Assembly: GCA_963666215.2 (NCBI GenBank) | Contig: CAXWPL010000002.1 | Location: forward strand, 544,001 to 608,000 | DNA: 64,000 nucleotides | Source: Acidobacteriota bacterium | GTDB lineage: Bacteria > Acidobacteriota > UBA890 > WLXD01 | Direction of reading: 5' to 3' | Part shown: in pieces, positions 50,776 through 60,096 of the stretch | How positions within the stretch are numbered: the first letter of the stretch is position 1 | How the letters are laid out: each line of letters begins with the position of its first letter | Translations under genes and position numbers: made by a program | The notes under the pieces: generated by a model | Told to the model about the DNA's origin: nothing | Seen by the model: only the letters and a program-made list of their open reading frames with translations | The model's database searches: none

Positions 50776-53607
50776 TCAGCGGCCCTCCGGCGGCACGCCG
50801 TAGTAACCGGGCCTCACCTGGATGATGGCACCCGGGTGGCCGGGCAGCTGCACGCTGAGCTCGCGCCAACGTCCGTCCCAGCTCTGGTTCAGCGGTGAGA
50901 AGGAAAGCGCGTACTGGCCGCGTAGCTCTTGTGCGATAGCGGCGTAGATTTCCTCGAGCTCCTCGAGATTGAGCGGGAAGTAGGCGGCGCCGCCCGTGGT
51001 CTCGGCCATCGAACGCAGCTGATCGACGCCGCGCTTGACGGCACCGCTGGCATCGCCGTACTCGGTGCCCTCGTGCATGAGCTGCAGGCCGATCGAGTAG
51101 ATCAGCACATCCGACTGACGGGCATACTCCACAACGTCCTCGTAGGCGAAGCTGCTCTCCGTGTCGAGGCCATCGGAAAGGACGATAAGTGCCCGCTTGC
51201 CGCTGGCTCGGTTGGCCTTGCGCAGCGACTGCGCCAAGGCGTCGAACAGCGCCGTGCCACCGTCTGGCAGTGCCGCCTCGATGGCCGGTTCGAGCGCCGT
51301 CGGGTCGTTATTGAAGTCGGAGTAGAGATGCAACCGACTGTTGAATCCCAGCACCATCGCGCGATTGGCGCCTAGCTCGCCCTCTCCTGCTGCCGATTCG
51401 TCGGCGCTGAGCAGCGCATCAACCAGGCGCTTGGCACCGGCGCGCTCGGCACGGATGCCACCGCCAATCATGCTGCTACTGGTGTCGAGCAGCAGGATGG
51501 CGGACACCGGAATCTCGCCGTAGTCGACTTGCGTCAGGGTCTGCCGAGCTCCGTCTTCGAAGACAGAAAAGTCCTCTGCTCGCAGGCCGCGCACCAGTCC
51601 GCCGCCGGAGGCACGCACGGTCGCATGCAGTGTCACCAGGTCGACCGTCGCCCCGAATCCCAGGCCACTTCGATTCAGCACGACGTCGTCGCTGGCCACG
51701 CCACCGCCCGATACCGCAACGGCTCGAATCACGAACACCCGCTCTTCGTCGGGGTAGCTCCATCGCACTTTGTAGGGCGCGACCATGGCGGCGCCAATAC
51801 GGCGATCGTTGACGTAGAAATCCACCCGCTGGGGCTCACCTCCGGTGACCAACGCCTCGAGCTCGACGTCGCCGATCGGCACACTGCCCTCGCGTGGCGA
51901 CAGCAGCTCCAGGTCCAGCGTGTCGGCGCCGACCGGGTTCGGCGCCGCGGCATCAGAGGAATCGATGGATGGGCTCTGTCCGTCGGTTTCGGTCGCACCC
52001 GTGGCGCTCTCAGGGTCGAGCGCCGCGGTCGTCACGGTGATCTCCGGTGGTGTGGTGTTCAATCCTCGGCGCGCTCGTCGCGGGGCCTCCGGTGCGTCAC
52101 GCAGCACAACGTACGTGTTGAGTGCCTCGGGATCGTGCGACACCAGGCGTTCGGTAAGCGTGGCCGCGTCGGGTGCGCGCCAGTACCGTGCCGCGACCGT
52201 GGAGCGATTGGTGCCGCGATTGGGGTACGCGAGCACCTCGTGCAACACCCGTCGCTCACGCGGACCCAAATTGAAGAAATAGGCGCGCTGGGTGCGTTCC
52301 GGGCGGTTGGCCCACTCGGCGCTGACGAGCAGCCCCATGCCGGTGGGCTCGTCGACGAGATTGGCCACGGCCACCGAGAACTTCTCCACCCGTTGACCCG
52401 CCGCGTCGAGCTCGATCGTGCCATCGAACTGCAGCTCGCCAATCCGAATGACATCGTCGAACTCGAAGAAGCGCCGGATGCGACTGGCGTCGCCGAAGCC
52501 ACGCCGGTTGTTTGCCCTGTTGACGTCGGGCAGCAGTCCCTCCGGGTCGAGTCGAATCTCACTCAACTGGCCGGCCTCACACGCCAGGTCGGCCTCGAAG
52601 TCTTGGCGTTCGCCACCGGCAGGCAACTGGGTCGTGTAGGTAAGGCCGTCGCGGCAGCGGATCTCGAGGACGACGGGCGTCGAGATGCCGCCACGACGTC
52701 GGAGCTGGCCACTCAGCGAGCCGCCGTCGTCCGCGATGTCGAGCTCGTTGACCGAGATGTCGAACGAGGGCGTCGAATCGAGCCAAGAGCTCAGCAGCTC
52801 CGACGCCCCCGAGCCCAGCGCGCCGAGCAGCGCGTCGAGGCCGTCACCGTCACTCGAGGCCGCCAGAGCCGCGATGGCGTTGGATACTACGTCGGCGCCA
52901 TAGGCAGCTTCGAAGAGCTTGAAGGTGGCGTAGGCTTTCCCCCGCGCCGGGTCGTCGGCGGCGGAAGCATCGTTCGCCAGCACAATCCTGTCGCCGCGCT
53001 GCGCAGCACGGACGAAGGTGCCCTCGAGCCCATAGAGGATCGGCGATGTGCTGTGGGCGTCGCGGGCCAGGCGGTCGGTCAAGTAGAGGGCCGCTCCGTC
53101 AATCCACCAACCTCCCGCTTCGGCGCCTGCCTGCGACCGTGCTGGCCCAGCCAGCAGCGCGATCTTGGCAACCGCGTACTGAGCGAGCCAGCGCGTGTAG
53201 CCGAAGGCGTAGCCGTTGCCGAAGTTCTCGGCAATCTGTGGCAACAACGCGTCGACCACAACGACTGGGCCAGGCTCGATTCCCAGCCGGGTCGTCAAAC
53301 CTGTGGCGCCGGCTACGGGCTGCCAGCGAACTACACCCGCTGGAAGCCGAGTGCCTGCGAGCAGTCCCGAGATACTCGATGCCGCAGAATCGGCCTCCGT
53401 GGCCAAGCGTGTGCCCCAATCTCGCCATGGCTCAGGAAACTGGACCCTGATCGGAGCGGAGCTCAGGCGCAGCTCAGCGAGTTGGGCGGACGCCACAGCA
53501 GAGGGTGGAGACCCAACGACGGCGGCCGACGACGCTGCCGACAAGACCACCCATACGGCAAAGAGGCCAGCGAGCTTCCGCCCGCCGGCCAGGGAATTGC
53601 TCTTCAT
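50776..53607 (-). CDS. Exported multidomain protein: degenerate M1/gluzincin-like region, Ig-like domain and acidobacterial VWA domain
   Basis: C-terminal LVTLHATV...EDFSVFEDG...LLLDTSSSM...GGTALFDA...SDG...ETTGG...LRGQY...RPGYY; N-terminal M1-like landmarks without HExxH. Confidence 0.8.
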   Translation of the reverse strand: MKSNSLAGGRKLAGLFAVWVVLSAASSAAVVGSPPSAVASAQLAELRLSSAPIRVQFPEPWRDWGTRLATEADSAASSISGLLAGTRLPAGVVRWQPVAGATGLTTRLGIEPGPVVVVDALLPQIAENFGNGYAFGYTRWLAQYAVAKIALLAGPARSQAGAEAGGWWIDGAALYLTDRLARDAHSTSPILYGLEGTFVRAAQRGDRIVLANDASAADDPARGKAYATFKLFEAAYGADVVSNAIAALAASSDGDGLDALLGALGSGASELLSSWLDSTPSFDISVNELDIADDGGSLSGQLRRRGGISTPVVLEIRCRDGLTYTTQLPAGGERQDFEADLACEAGQLSEIRLDPEGLLPDVNRANNRRGFGDASRIRRFFEFDDVIRIGELQFDGTIELDAAGQRVEKFSVAVANLVDEPTGMGLLVSAEWANRPERTQRAYFFNLGPRERRVLHEVLAYPNRGTNRSTVAARYWRAPDAATLTERLVSHDPEALNTYVVLRDAPEAPRRARRGLNTTPPEITVTTAALDPESATGATETDGQSPSIDSSDAAAPNPVGADTLDLELLSPREGSVPIGDVELEALVTGGEPQRVDFYVNDRRIGAAMVAPYKVRWSYPDEERVFVIRAVAVSGGGVASDDVVLNRSGLGFGATVDLVTLHATVRASGGGLVRGLRAEDFSVFEDGARQTLTQVDYGEIPVSAILLLDTSSSMIGGGIRAERAGAKRLVDALLSADESAAGEGELGANRAMVLGFNSRLHLYSDFNNDPTALEPAIEAALPDGGTALFDALAQSLRKANRASGKRALIVLSDGLDTESSFAYEDVVEYARQSDVLIYSIGLQLMHEGTEYGDASGAVKRGVDQLRSMAETTGGAAYFPLNLEELEEIYAAIAQELRGQYALSFSPLNQSWDGRWRELSVQLPGHPGAIIQVRPGYYGVPPEGR

Positions 53608-53777
53608 AGTTGCCGAGTATAGCACCAGCCCTAGCCGCGAATCCCGGTTGTCGAGTCCCGGCCGCCATGCTAGGATTCGGCAACATCAAGCAACGTAAGA
53701 TACTGCAAACAAACGACTTATGTTCGACATCGAAATCCGCTCTCGACCTCGAGATGGTGTGACTCACGCACACGTGA

Positions 53778-55112
53778 GTGCGCATAACGATGTCTGACGG
53801 GACGGCCTCTGGAGGCGAGCGCTTCGAGGTGGTCGTGGTCGGCGCCGGTCCGGCAGGAAGCGCCGCAGCGCTAACCTTGGCGCGCGCCGGGGTCGAAGTT
53901 CTGGTTCTCGAGCGGGGCGATTATCCGGGCGCCAAGAACCTGTTTGGCGGCATCCTCTACACCAGCGTGCTCAACGAGCTGCTACCGGAATTCTGGGCGG
54001 GGGCTCCCATCGAGCGTCACATCATCAACCGACGCTGGGCGACCCTCGACGACGACAGCCAGGTCGCACTCGACCTCAAGAGCGCGCACTTCGATGTGCC
54101 GCCGTTCAACAACACCTTCACGGCGCTGCGCGCGAAGTTCGATCGCTGGTTCGCCGAGCAAGCCGAGGAAGCCGGCGCGATGGTGATTCCCGAGACCAAC
54201 GTGGAGGGCTTGCTGACGCAGGGCAATCGCATCACCGGCGTGCGCACCGGCCGCGAAGACGGCGACGTCGAAGCCGACTGCGTGATCCTTGCCGAGGGCG
54301 CCAACGCCCTGCTTGCCGAAGCCGCCGGTCTGCGTCCGCTGATGGACGGCACCAATCGTGTCAGCGCCGTGAAAGAGGTCATTGCGCTGCCTGCGGAGAT
54401 CATCGATGACCGCTTCCATCTCGAGGGCGACCAGGGAGCCGGGATCGAGTACTTCGGCGGCGCGGTGGACGGCATGGTGGGCTCGGCTTTCATTTACACG
54501 AACCGTGACAGCCTGTCGGTCGGGGTCGGCTGCCTGATCGACGACCTGATCCGCACGCGGACCGCTCCCTACGAGCTGCTCGATCGTTTCAAGGCCCACC
54601 CGATGGTGGCCCCACTGCTGCGCGGCGGAGAGACGGTGGAGTACGCCACCAAGATGATCCCGGAGGATTCCTACAGCTCGCTCTCAGATCTCTACGCCGA
54701 CGGAGTGATGCTGGTAGGAGACTGTGCTGGCTTGGTCAATCCGTCGATCCACCACGAGGGCACCAACCTGGCCATGGCCTCGGGCGTGATGGCGGCCGAG
54801 GCTGTGATCGAGGCGCGCAAGAGCGGCGACTTCTCGGCGACGAAATTGCGGCTCTACCGCGAGAAGCTCGAGGAATCGTGGGTCATGAAGGACCTCAAGC
54901 GCTATCGCGACACCGTTCACTTCCTCCTCGACAATCGCGAGTTCGTTGACGACTATCCGAAGTTGACGGTGAAGCTCATCCGCCGCTACTTCACGATCGA
55001 CGACACGCCGAAGGACGAAGTCCTCACCGAACTGTGGCGTACGATTCGCAGCGAAGTGAGCTTCTTGAAAGCAGCCCGGCAGATGTGGCGGGCGCGCAAG
55101 ACAATGCTCTAG
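53778..55112 (+). CDS. fixC: ETF-quinone oxidoreductase FixC
   Basis: VVGAGPAG, ERGDYPGAKNLFGG, RAKFDRWFA, VGDCAG and EGTNLAMASG motifs. Confidence 0.9.
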   Translation: MRITMSDGTASGGERFEVVVVGAGPAGSAAALTLARAGVEVLVLERGDYPGAKNLFGGILYTSVLNELLPEFWAGAPIERHIINRRWATLDDDSQVALDLKSAHFDVPPFNNTFTALRAKFDRWFAEQAEEAGAMVIPETNVEGLLTQGNRITGVRTGREDGDVEADCVILAEGANALLAEAAGLRPLMDGTNRVSAVKEVIALPAEIIDDRFHLEGDQGAGIEYFGGAVDGMVGSAFIYTNRDSLSVGVGCLIDDLIRTRTAPYELLDRFKAHPMVAPLLRGGETVEYATKMIPEDSYSSLSDLYADGVMLVGDCAGLVNPSIHHEGTNLAMASGVMAAEAVIEARKSGDFSATKLRLYREKLEESWVMKDLKRYRDTVHFLLDNREFVDDYPKLTVKLIRRYFTIDDTPKDEVLTELWRTIRSEVSFLKAARQMWRARKTML

Positions 55113-55131
55113 CCTTCTAGGACGCAGCAGA

Positions 55132-55443
55132 ATGGGAATTGACATCAAACGCTACCTCGAGCCCCACAAGAGCCCGACGATGTCGGAGAGGCTCGACATG
55201 GTGAAGCGGCGCTTTGCCGACACCAGTCACATCGAGGTCGACCAGGAGGCTTTCCGCGCCGATGCCGAGCGCGCGGTGCTCTTCCTCTGTCCGGCGCAGG
55301 TGTTCAAGCTCAACGAGCAAGACCAGACCTGCATCGTCAACTACGAAGACTGCCTCGAGTGCGGCACCTGCCAGGTTGGACGGCGCTACACGAAGTGGCG
55401 CAATCCGCGGGGCGGCTACGGCGTCACCTACCACTACGGCTAG
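55132..55443 (+). CDS. fixX: Ferredoxin-like FixX
   Basis: SHI, CPAQVF, CLECGTC and WRNPRGGYGVTYHYG motifs. Confidence 0.92.
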   Translation: MGIDIKRYLEPHKSPTMSERLDMVKRRFADTSHIEVDQEAFRADAERAVLFLCPAQVFKLNEQDQTCIVNYEDCLECGTCQVGRRYTKWRNPRGGYGVTYHYG

Positions 55444-55838
55444 CTGCGTCGGACGAAGACTCGGTAGAAGCGCGCCTCTTTCAGCAGCCCGAGGTACTCG
55501 TTTCGCGTGCTGATGCACCAGGCCGGGATGTCGAGCTCGACCCCGGCGTCGTCGGCCAGCAGCATTGCAGTCTCCCCCGCCCGCATGTCTCGCATGTGGC
55601 TCTGCACACGGATTACGGGCTCCGGGCAGAACGTGCCGCGCGCCTCGATGACAACGTCGGCTTGGGCGGCGAGCCTTTCGAGCTGCGCAGGAAGCTCGCT
55701 GCCGTGGACCTGACGATGGAAGAGCTCGTGACGCCTGTGTCGGTCGCCGCCTGAGTCCTCCCGATTCGATGCGCCGGTGCTGGTATCGGGTTCGCTGTCG
55801 CGCGGGTCGCGACGCGAGTCGCTAGATGCGCAGCTCAT
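55440..55838 (-). CDS. tusA: TusA/SirA family sulfur carrier
   Basis: ARGTFCPEPVI and ADDAGVELDIPAWC motifs; start overlaps the end of the upstream gene. Confidence 0.8.
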   Translation of the reverse strand: MSCASSDSRRDPRDSEPDTSTGASNREDSGGDRHRRHELFHRQVHGSELPAQLERLAAQADVVIEARGTFCPEPVIRVQSHMRDMRAGETAMLLADDAGVELDIPAWCISTRNEYLGLLKEARFYRVFVRRS

Positions 55839-56964
55839 CGAGAAGCGTGTCTTGGCGCACCGGCTCAACCAGCAGTTGCCCGTCTTGGGTCCCCAACGAC
55901 CATTTGACCGGAACCTGCGGCTCATCTCGTCCCGCCGAGTAGCGCGCCGTGATGCGGCACGCTAGCTCCAGGTCGGCGGCTGTCGCTACACCCTCCACCA
56001 GGGTCAACGGCGAGCTGAACGCGTCGGTCCAGACGCTACCGCGCCCGTCGCGGAAACGCTCCAGATAATCGTTCTCGCTCTCGTGGCGCCCGACGATGAT
56101 CTTGACGTCGTCACTCAGGCGAAAGTGGCGTCCCACCTTGAGCAGCATCATGTCGTCGGGATCGACGTCATTGCCACGGTGCGCCAACAGGTCGCGTAGC
56201 TTGCCCGCGAAGTTCTGGTCGGGAAGGAAGCAACAACCCCCCGCAGGCTGTGGATAGTCGATCACACCCAGCTCTTCGGCCAGCCGCATTTGCACTTGCC
56301 GAGACCGTCCAGCGATGTTGTAGAGCTGTTCGCGATCAATCCAGCCCTCGGTCTCCGGTTTCGTCGGCAGCAACAGCTTGGCTGACAGCGGTCGCAGGAG
56401 CAGACCCTCGAGCCCCGAGTCGCGCTCCACCCACTGCAGTGGCGGCCGCCGCTGGCTCATCGGTCGCTGCCCGAGGACCTCGCCGGTGAAAATGAAATGG
56501 TAGCCGCGCTCCTCCATGATCTTCTTGGCCCGTCCGAGCATGAAGATGCGGCAGTCAATGCACGGGTTCATGCCCGAGCCGTAGCCGTACTTCGGGTGGA
56601 GCACGACCTCGCCGAGATAATCGTCCTTGATATCGACGATCTCGACCGGAATCTCGAGGCGTGAACCGGCGTGCAGCGCGTCGTTGCGATAGGGCTTCTT
56701 CGAGTTGGCGTTGCCGATCAACCGGTGGCGGTCGGCAACACAGAATCCGGTCGAGAAGTGCAGCCCGAGCACTTCGACGCCCTGCTCCTGCATGATTCGT
56801 GCGGCGAGGGTCGAGTCGAGCCCCCCGGACATAAGGCCGATAGCGCGAACAGGTGACGTTGGCATAGGAGCCGCTGACTCGGGCCGCGCGCCCATGAGCG
56901 CGGCCGGTTCGGCGCTGATGGGATCGGCATCGGGATCGGGATCGGGAACGGGCAAGTCGCGCAC
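55822..56964 (-). CDS. PP-loop tRNA thiolase-like protein (ThiI/MnmA-like, DUF814 type)
   Basis: SGGLDS, YGYGSGMNPCIDC, TGEVLGQRPMSQ, PAGGCC and VGRHFRL motifs. Confidence 0.85.
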   Translation of the reverse strand: MRDLPVPDPDPDADPISAEPAALMGARPESAAPMPTSPVRAIGLMSGGLDSTLAARIMQEQGVEVLGLHFSTGFCVADRHRLIGNANSKKPYRNDALHAGSRLEIPVEIVDIKDDYLGEVVLHPKYGYGSGMNPCIDCRIFMLGRAKKIMEERGYHFIFTGEVLGQRPMSQRRPPLQWVERDSGLEGLLLRPLSAKLLLPTKPETEGWIDREQLYNIAGRSRQVQMRLAEELGVIDYPQPAGGCCFLPDQNFAGKLRDLLAHRGNDVDPDDMMLLKVGRHFRLSDDVKIIVGRHESENDYLERFRDGRGSVWTDAFSSPLTLVEGVATAADLELACRITARYSAGRDEPQVPVKWSLGTQDGQLLVEPVRQDTLLDELRI

Positions 56965-57079
56965 AATCTACCAGAGCCGCGAATTCGCAGAGGTCTCGAC
57001 CATCTCCGGAGCGTCCGCGCAGACGATGTCCGAATCGAGCAACGCAGCAACCCGCCGCGCTCCGGTCCTCCCCTCGAGT

Positions 57080-58366
57080 CTAGGGATTCTGATTCGCCTC
57101 GGAATCCAGCAGGCGGTGTCGGCGAAGAATGTCGAGGGTCGCCTCGAGTGGTAGGGCTTCGACGGTGCCACGGTGCCCGGCGGTGCGCCGGGCCGCGAAC
57201 AGACTGTTGTAGATCGCCTCTTCTGCGGCCTCGACTGCCGCGTAGAACACCGGCGAAGAGGCGTCGTTCGACAAAGGCATCTGCGACCGCAGGTTGACTC
57301 GCGGTCCTGCGGAACTGGCTGTTCCCGCGATCGCACCTGCGTCGGCGCCGGTGCGCAAGCCCGTATGAGTCGAAAACGCGATGACGTAGTCACCGCTGCC
57401 GTTCGAGCCCGAAGCGCCTGTCCGTGCCATCCCCATGAAGGCGCGCAGCGCCAGTCGTTCCAGGTTGCGGGCGTCGAGAGGTGCGTCGGTGGCAACGACG
57501 ATCATGCACGATCCGTCGGCGCTTGCGGACTGAAGTTCGTCAACATCGGCATCGCCGTCGGCGGGCGGCTCCGCGCTGACGTCACTGCGCAAGTAGTACT
57601 GCCCGAGCTCGACTCCGACCGGGGCCCCGGCGATGCGCAGCACGCCACCGAAGTTGGTCTGCACCAGAACTCCAACCGTCCAGCCCCCGAGCGACTCCGG
57701 TAGTCTTCTAGAGGCCGCGCCAATCCCGCCCTTGAAACCGAATGCGATGGTTCCGGTTCCCGCGCCAACGGCACCCTCCGCGACCGGACCTCCGGCTGCC
57801 GACTCGATTGCTGCTCGCACGTGCTCGGGTCCAATCGGCCGAGATCGGATGTCGCTCAGATAGCCGTCGTTCGTTTCTCCTACAACTGGATTGATGGATC
57901 GAACCTGCAGGTTCCCAGGTAAGCTGAGCATGTACGAGATCAACGCGTCGGCAGCGCGCGGGACACTCAGGGTCCCGGTCAACAGAATCGGGGTCTCGAG
58001 CGTGCCGAGCTCCTGCACCTGGCTGATTCCGGTAAGCTGGCCGAAGCCGTTCGCCACGAAGATCGCCGCCGGGACCTTGGCACGGAAAAGATTGCCGCCG
58101 TGAGGCAGGATGGCAGTGACCCCCGTTCGAATCGAGCTCCCCTGCTCGAGGGTAGCGTGCCCGACCCGCACATCGTCGACGTCCGTGATCGCGTTCAGAG
58201 GTCCGGGCTCCAAGATCCCCACTCGGATCCCGAGCTCGCGGGTCCTTGCCCTCGGCGCCGGGCTTTCCTGACGCTGCTGAGCGGCCGAGGCGGTCGGAGC
58301 GGGGAAAGTCCAGGCGGGCGTCGCCAACAGCAGTCCGAGCGCCGTCAAGGTTGCTTGGAATCTCAC
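57080..58366 (-). CDS. DmpA/P1 (S58) aminopeptidase, exported
   Basis: NAITDV...GH, TGVTAILP, ETNDG, VGAGTG, FKGGIG and the NGSGD autocleavage motif. Confidence 0.92.
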   Translation of the reverse strand: MRFQATLTALGLLLATPAWTFPAPTASAAQQRQESPAPRARTRELGIRVGILEPGPLNAITDVDDVRVGHATLEQGSSIRTGVTAILPHGGNLFRAKVPAAIFVANGFGQLTGISQVQELGTLETPILLTGTLSVPRAADALISYMLSLPGNLQVRSINPVVGETNDGYLSDIRSRPIGPEHVRAAIESAAGGPVAEGAVGAGTGTIAFGFKGGIGAASRRLPESLGGWTVGVLVQTNFGGVLRIAGAPVGVELGQYYLRSDVSAEPPADGDADVDELQSASADGSCMIVVATDAPLDARNLERLALRAFMGMARTGASGSNGSGDYVIAFSTHTGLRTGADAGAIAGTASSAGPRVNLRSQMPLSNDASSPVFYAAVEAAEEAIYNSLFAARRTAGHRGTVEALPLEATLDILRRHRLLDSEANQNP

Positions 58367-59094
58367 GACAGCCCCACTGACCGACGCAACGTATCTACCG
58401 AAAAAGAAAGTTGTCCGCGACGCACCCTCTCCTCCTCCACTTTCTGCAGTCGGTCCAACATCTCGAGCAGCCTACCTTGCAGCTCCGGCCGTGCCGCCGC
58501 CTCGCGCGGCGTTAGGCCGTCCAGCCGCGGCTGCGGAGTGACCGCCCACTGTTGCTCGTAACGAGCGTACACTTCGCGCAGGATCTCCTCGCGCTGCGCA
58601 GGGCTGTAGCTGTCCGGGTCGTCCCGTCCGCCCGGAGGTGGGCGCGGCGCGTAGGCGGTGAGCTCATCACCAGCGGCCACCCGCGCCCGTGCGGCCGGCC
58701 TCAGGCGCTCGTCGAGCAGTCGCCAGCCGCGCGCCAGCTGGTCGCCAGACGCGGCCTCGAGCACCAAGCGCGTGGGGTGCAGGCGGATGAGAAACGGTGC
58801 TCCCTCCCTCGGGCGGGCACGGTCCGGCTCCCACAGAAACCAGTGCACTCCGACTCGACTCCGGACAACGCCATCTCCGCTCCACGACCCCTCCGCCAGG
58901 TCGCCGGAAGGTTCGATCGCCTCCGCCAACACCCTGAGCCGGCGCGCCGTCTCCGCCCCGTCCACGATCTCGAAGAACGCGCGGCAGAAGCGCAGTACCT
59001 GCTGAGCGCGCGCAGGTGTCGCCTGCCGTGTCGACCGCTCTCTGGCCTTACCAGGAGCAGGAGCGTCACCAACTGACTTAGATGCCTTCTCCAT
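58363..59094 (-). CDS. Hypothetical protein with C-terminal Xre/MbcA/ParS-like (DUF2384) helical domain
   Basis: C-terminal WAVTPQPRLDGLTPREAA motif. Confidence 0.6.
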   Translation of the reverse strand: MEKASKSVGDAPAPGKARERSTRQATPARAQQVLRFCRAFFEIVDGAETARRLRVLAEAIEPSGDLAEGSWSGDGVVRSRVGVHWFLWEPDRARPREGAPFLIRLHPTRLVLEAASGDQLARGWRLLDERLRPAARARVAAGDELTAYAPRPPPGGRDDPDSYSPAQREEILREVYARYEQQWAVTPQPRLDGLTPREAAARPELQGRLLEMLDRLQKVEEERVRRGQLSFSVDTLRRSVGLS

Positions 59095-59774
59095 ATGGCG
59101 AAGCAGTATAGGCCTCAGAATCCGATCTGTGAGCCAACGTGGGGCATCTTTCGTTCTTCCGCTGAGCTACCGCTTTCGTCATGCAAGGCGGCGGAATTCT
59201 CCCCACGCCGCTCCATGACAGCACCACACTGTTCTCCCGCGGCCTCTAGACCTTCCTTTGAACAACACCGGACCTCAAGCCCGTGAGACCGCAAGGCGCA
59301 ATCCGGCGATCACGGCTGATTCCCGCAGGCCTATCCAGATCTTTTCCACAACCGCGGAGTCCACCTGCCACGCCAGGCGGAATCCGGAGACACGCTCGTA
59401 ACCGCTGTGCCCTCAGTCGATTAGCCACGACCGCGTGCCTACTTCGCGCTCGAAGCGCCGGCGATTTGCACCAGCCGTCCACAGTACTTTCACCACGCGG
59501 CAGCGGCAGTCGCACTCGTGCGGGCTGTCCGACCTCAGGCGATGTGCGTGCGCAACCCAATCGCAGCCTCGACGGTGCGGGGTATCGGGTGATCGGCGCA
59601 ACAACCCGCACACTCACCGAGCTCACGGAACTGGCCGACGACCAGCGACCCATTAGCTCGTCGACGTCTTCGTGCTCGATTCGGCGCAACGCATCTTGTG
59701 CCACCACTCGCCGGGAATTCGGGTCTTCGACAGGCCGCGATCGAGCCGCGAACTTCAAGTAACGGTTCGATTCT

Positions 59775-59790
59775 TGTCGGCGTGCCGACA
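59775..59790. promoter_or_regulatory. 16-bp palindrome copy 1, candidate non-canonical parS
   Basis: TGTCGGCGTGCCGACA, one central mismatch, intergenic, downstream of parB. Confidence 0.55.
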
Positions 59791-60015
59791 TCCAACGACC
59801 GTCGCGTTGGTGCTGAATGGAGTCTGGGGCAATTAGAACAACTCGTCGGATTGGCGGAGCAGGACCTCGGGGCGTTGGAGGTGCTGAAATCCACTCCATC
59901 CCACGAGGGCGACGAGACCTACGAATCGCCCGACTCCAGCGCATATCGCGCGGCGACCAGCGGCGATCGCGTACCATTCAACGGACCCGGCGCGCTTGCC
60001 GACTCTAAAGCAGAT

Positions 60016-60031
60016 TGTCGGCGCGCCGACA
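60016..60031. promoter_or_regulatory. 16-bp perfect palindrome copy 2, candidate non-canonical parS
   Basis: TGTCGGCGCGCCGACA, 65 bp beyond the parB stop. Confidence 0.55.
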
Positions 60032-60096
60032 GAAGCTGACCTGATACATGCGTTTCCGAAGCGGCGCCTCATCAGGGCCGCTCGTCGGCTACGCTT

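Noticed and set aside
51921-51934. TGTCGGCGCCGACC as a third parS-like site
   Set aside because: It has a 2-bp shorter spacing, is imperfect, and lies inside a coding region of GC-rich DNA.
51529-53622. 697-aa ORF on the + strand, and similar long antisense ORFs (62528-63886, 34493-35563, 1921-2934)
   Set aside because: These are antisense shadows of real genes, expected from high-GC codon bias, with no motifs.
59100-59176. tRNA-like GCGGTAGCTCAGCGGAAGA on the minus strand, and GGTTCGATTC at about 59764
   Set aside because: Neither completes a cloverleaf; the first has no T arm and the second has no D arm or acceptor stem.
59331-59490. oriC next to parAB
   Set aside because: There is only one good DnaA-box-like 9-mer, no AT-rich unwinding element and no dnaA/dnaN. 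Strand biases point to ter rather than ori.
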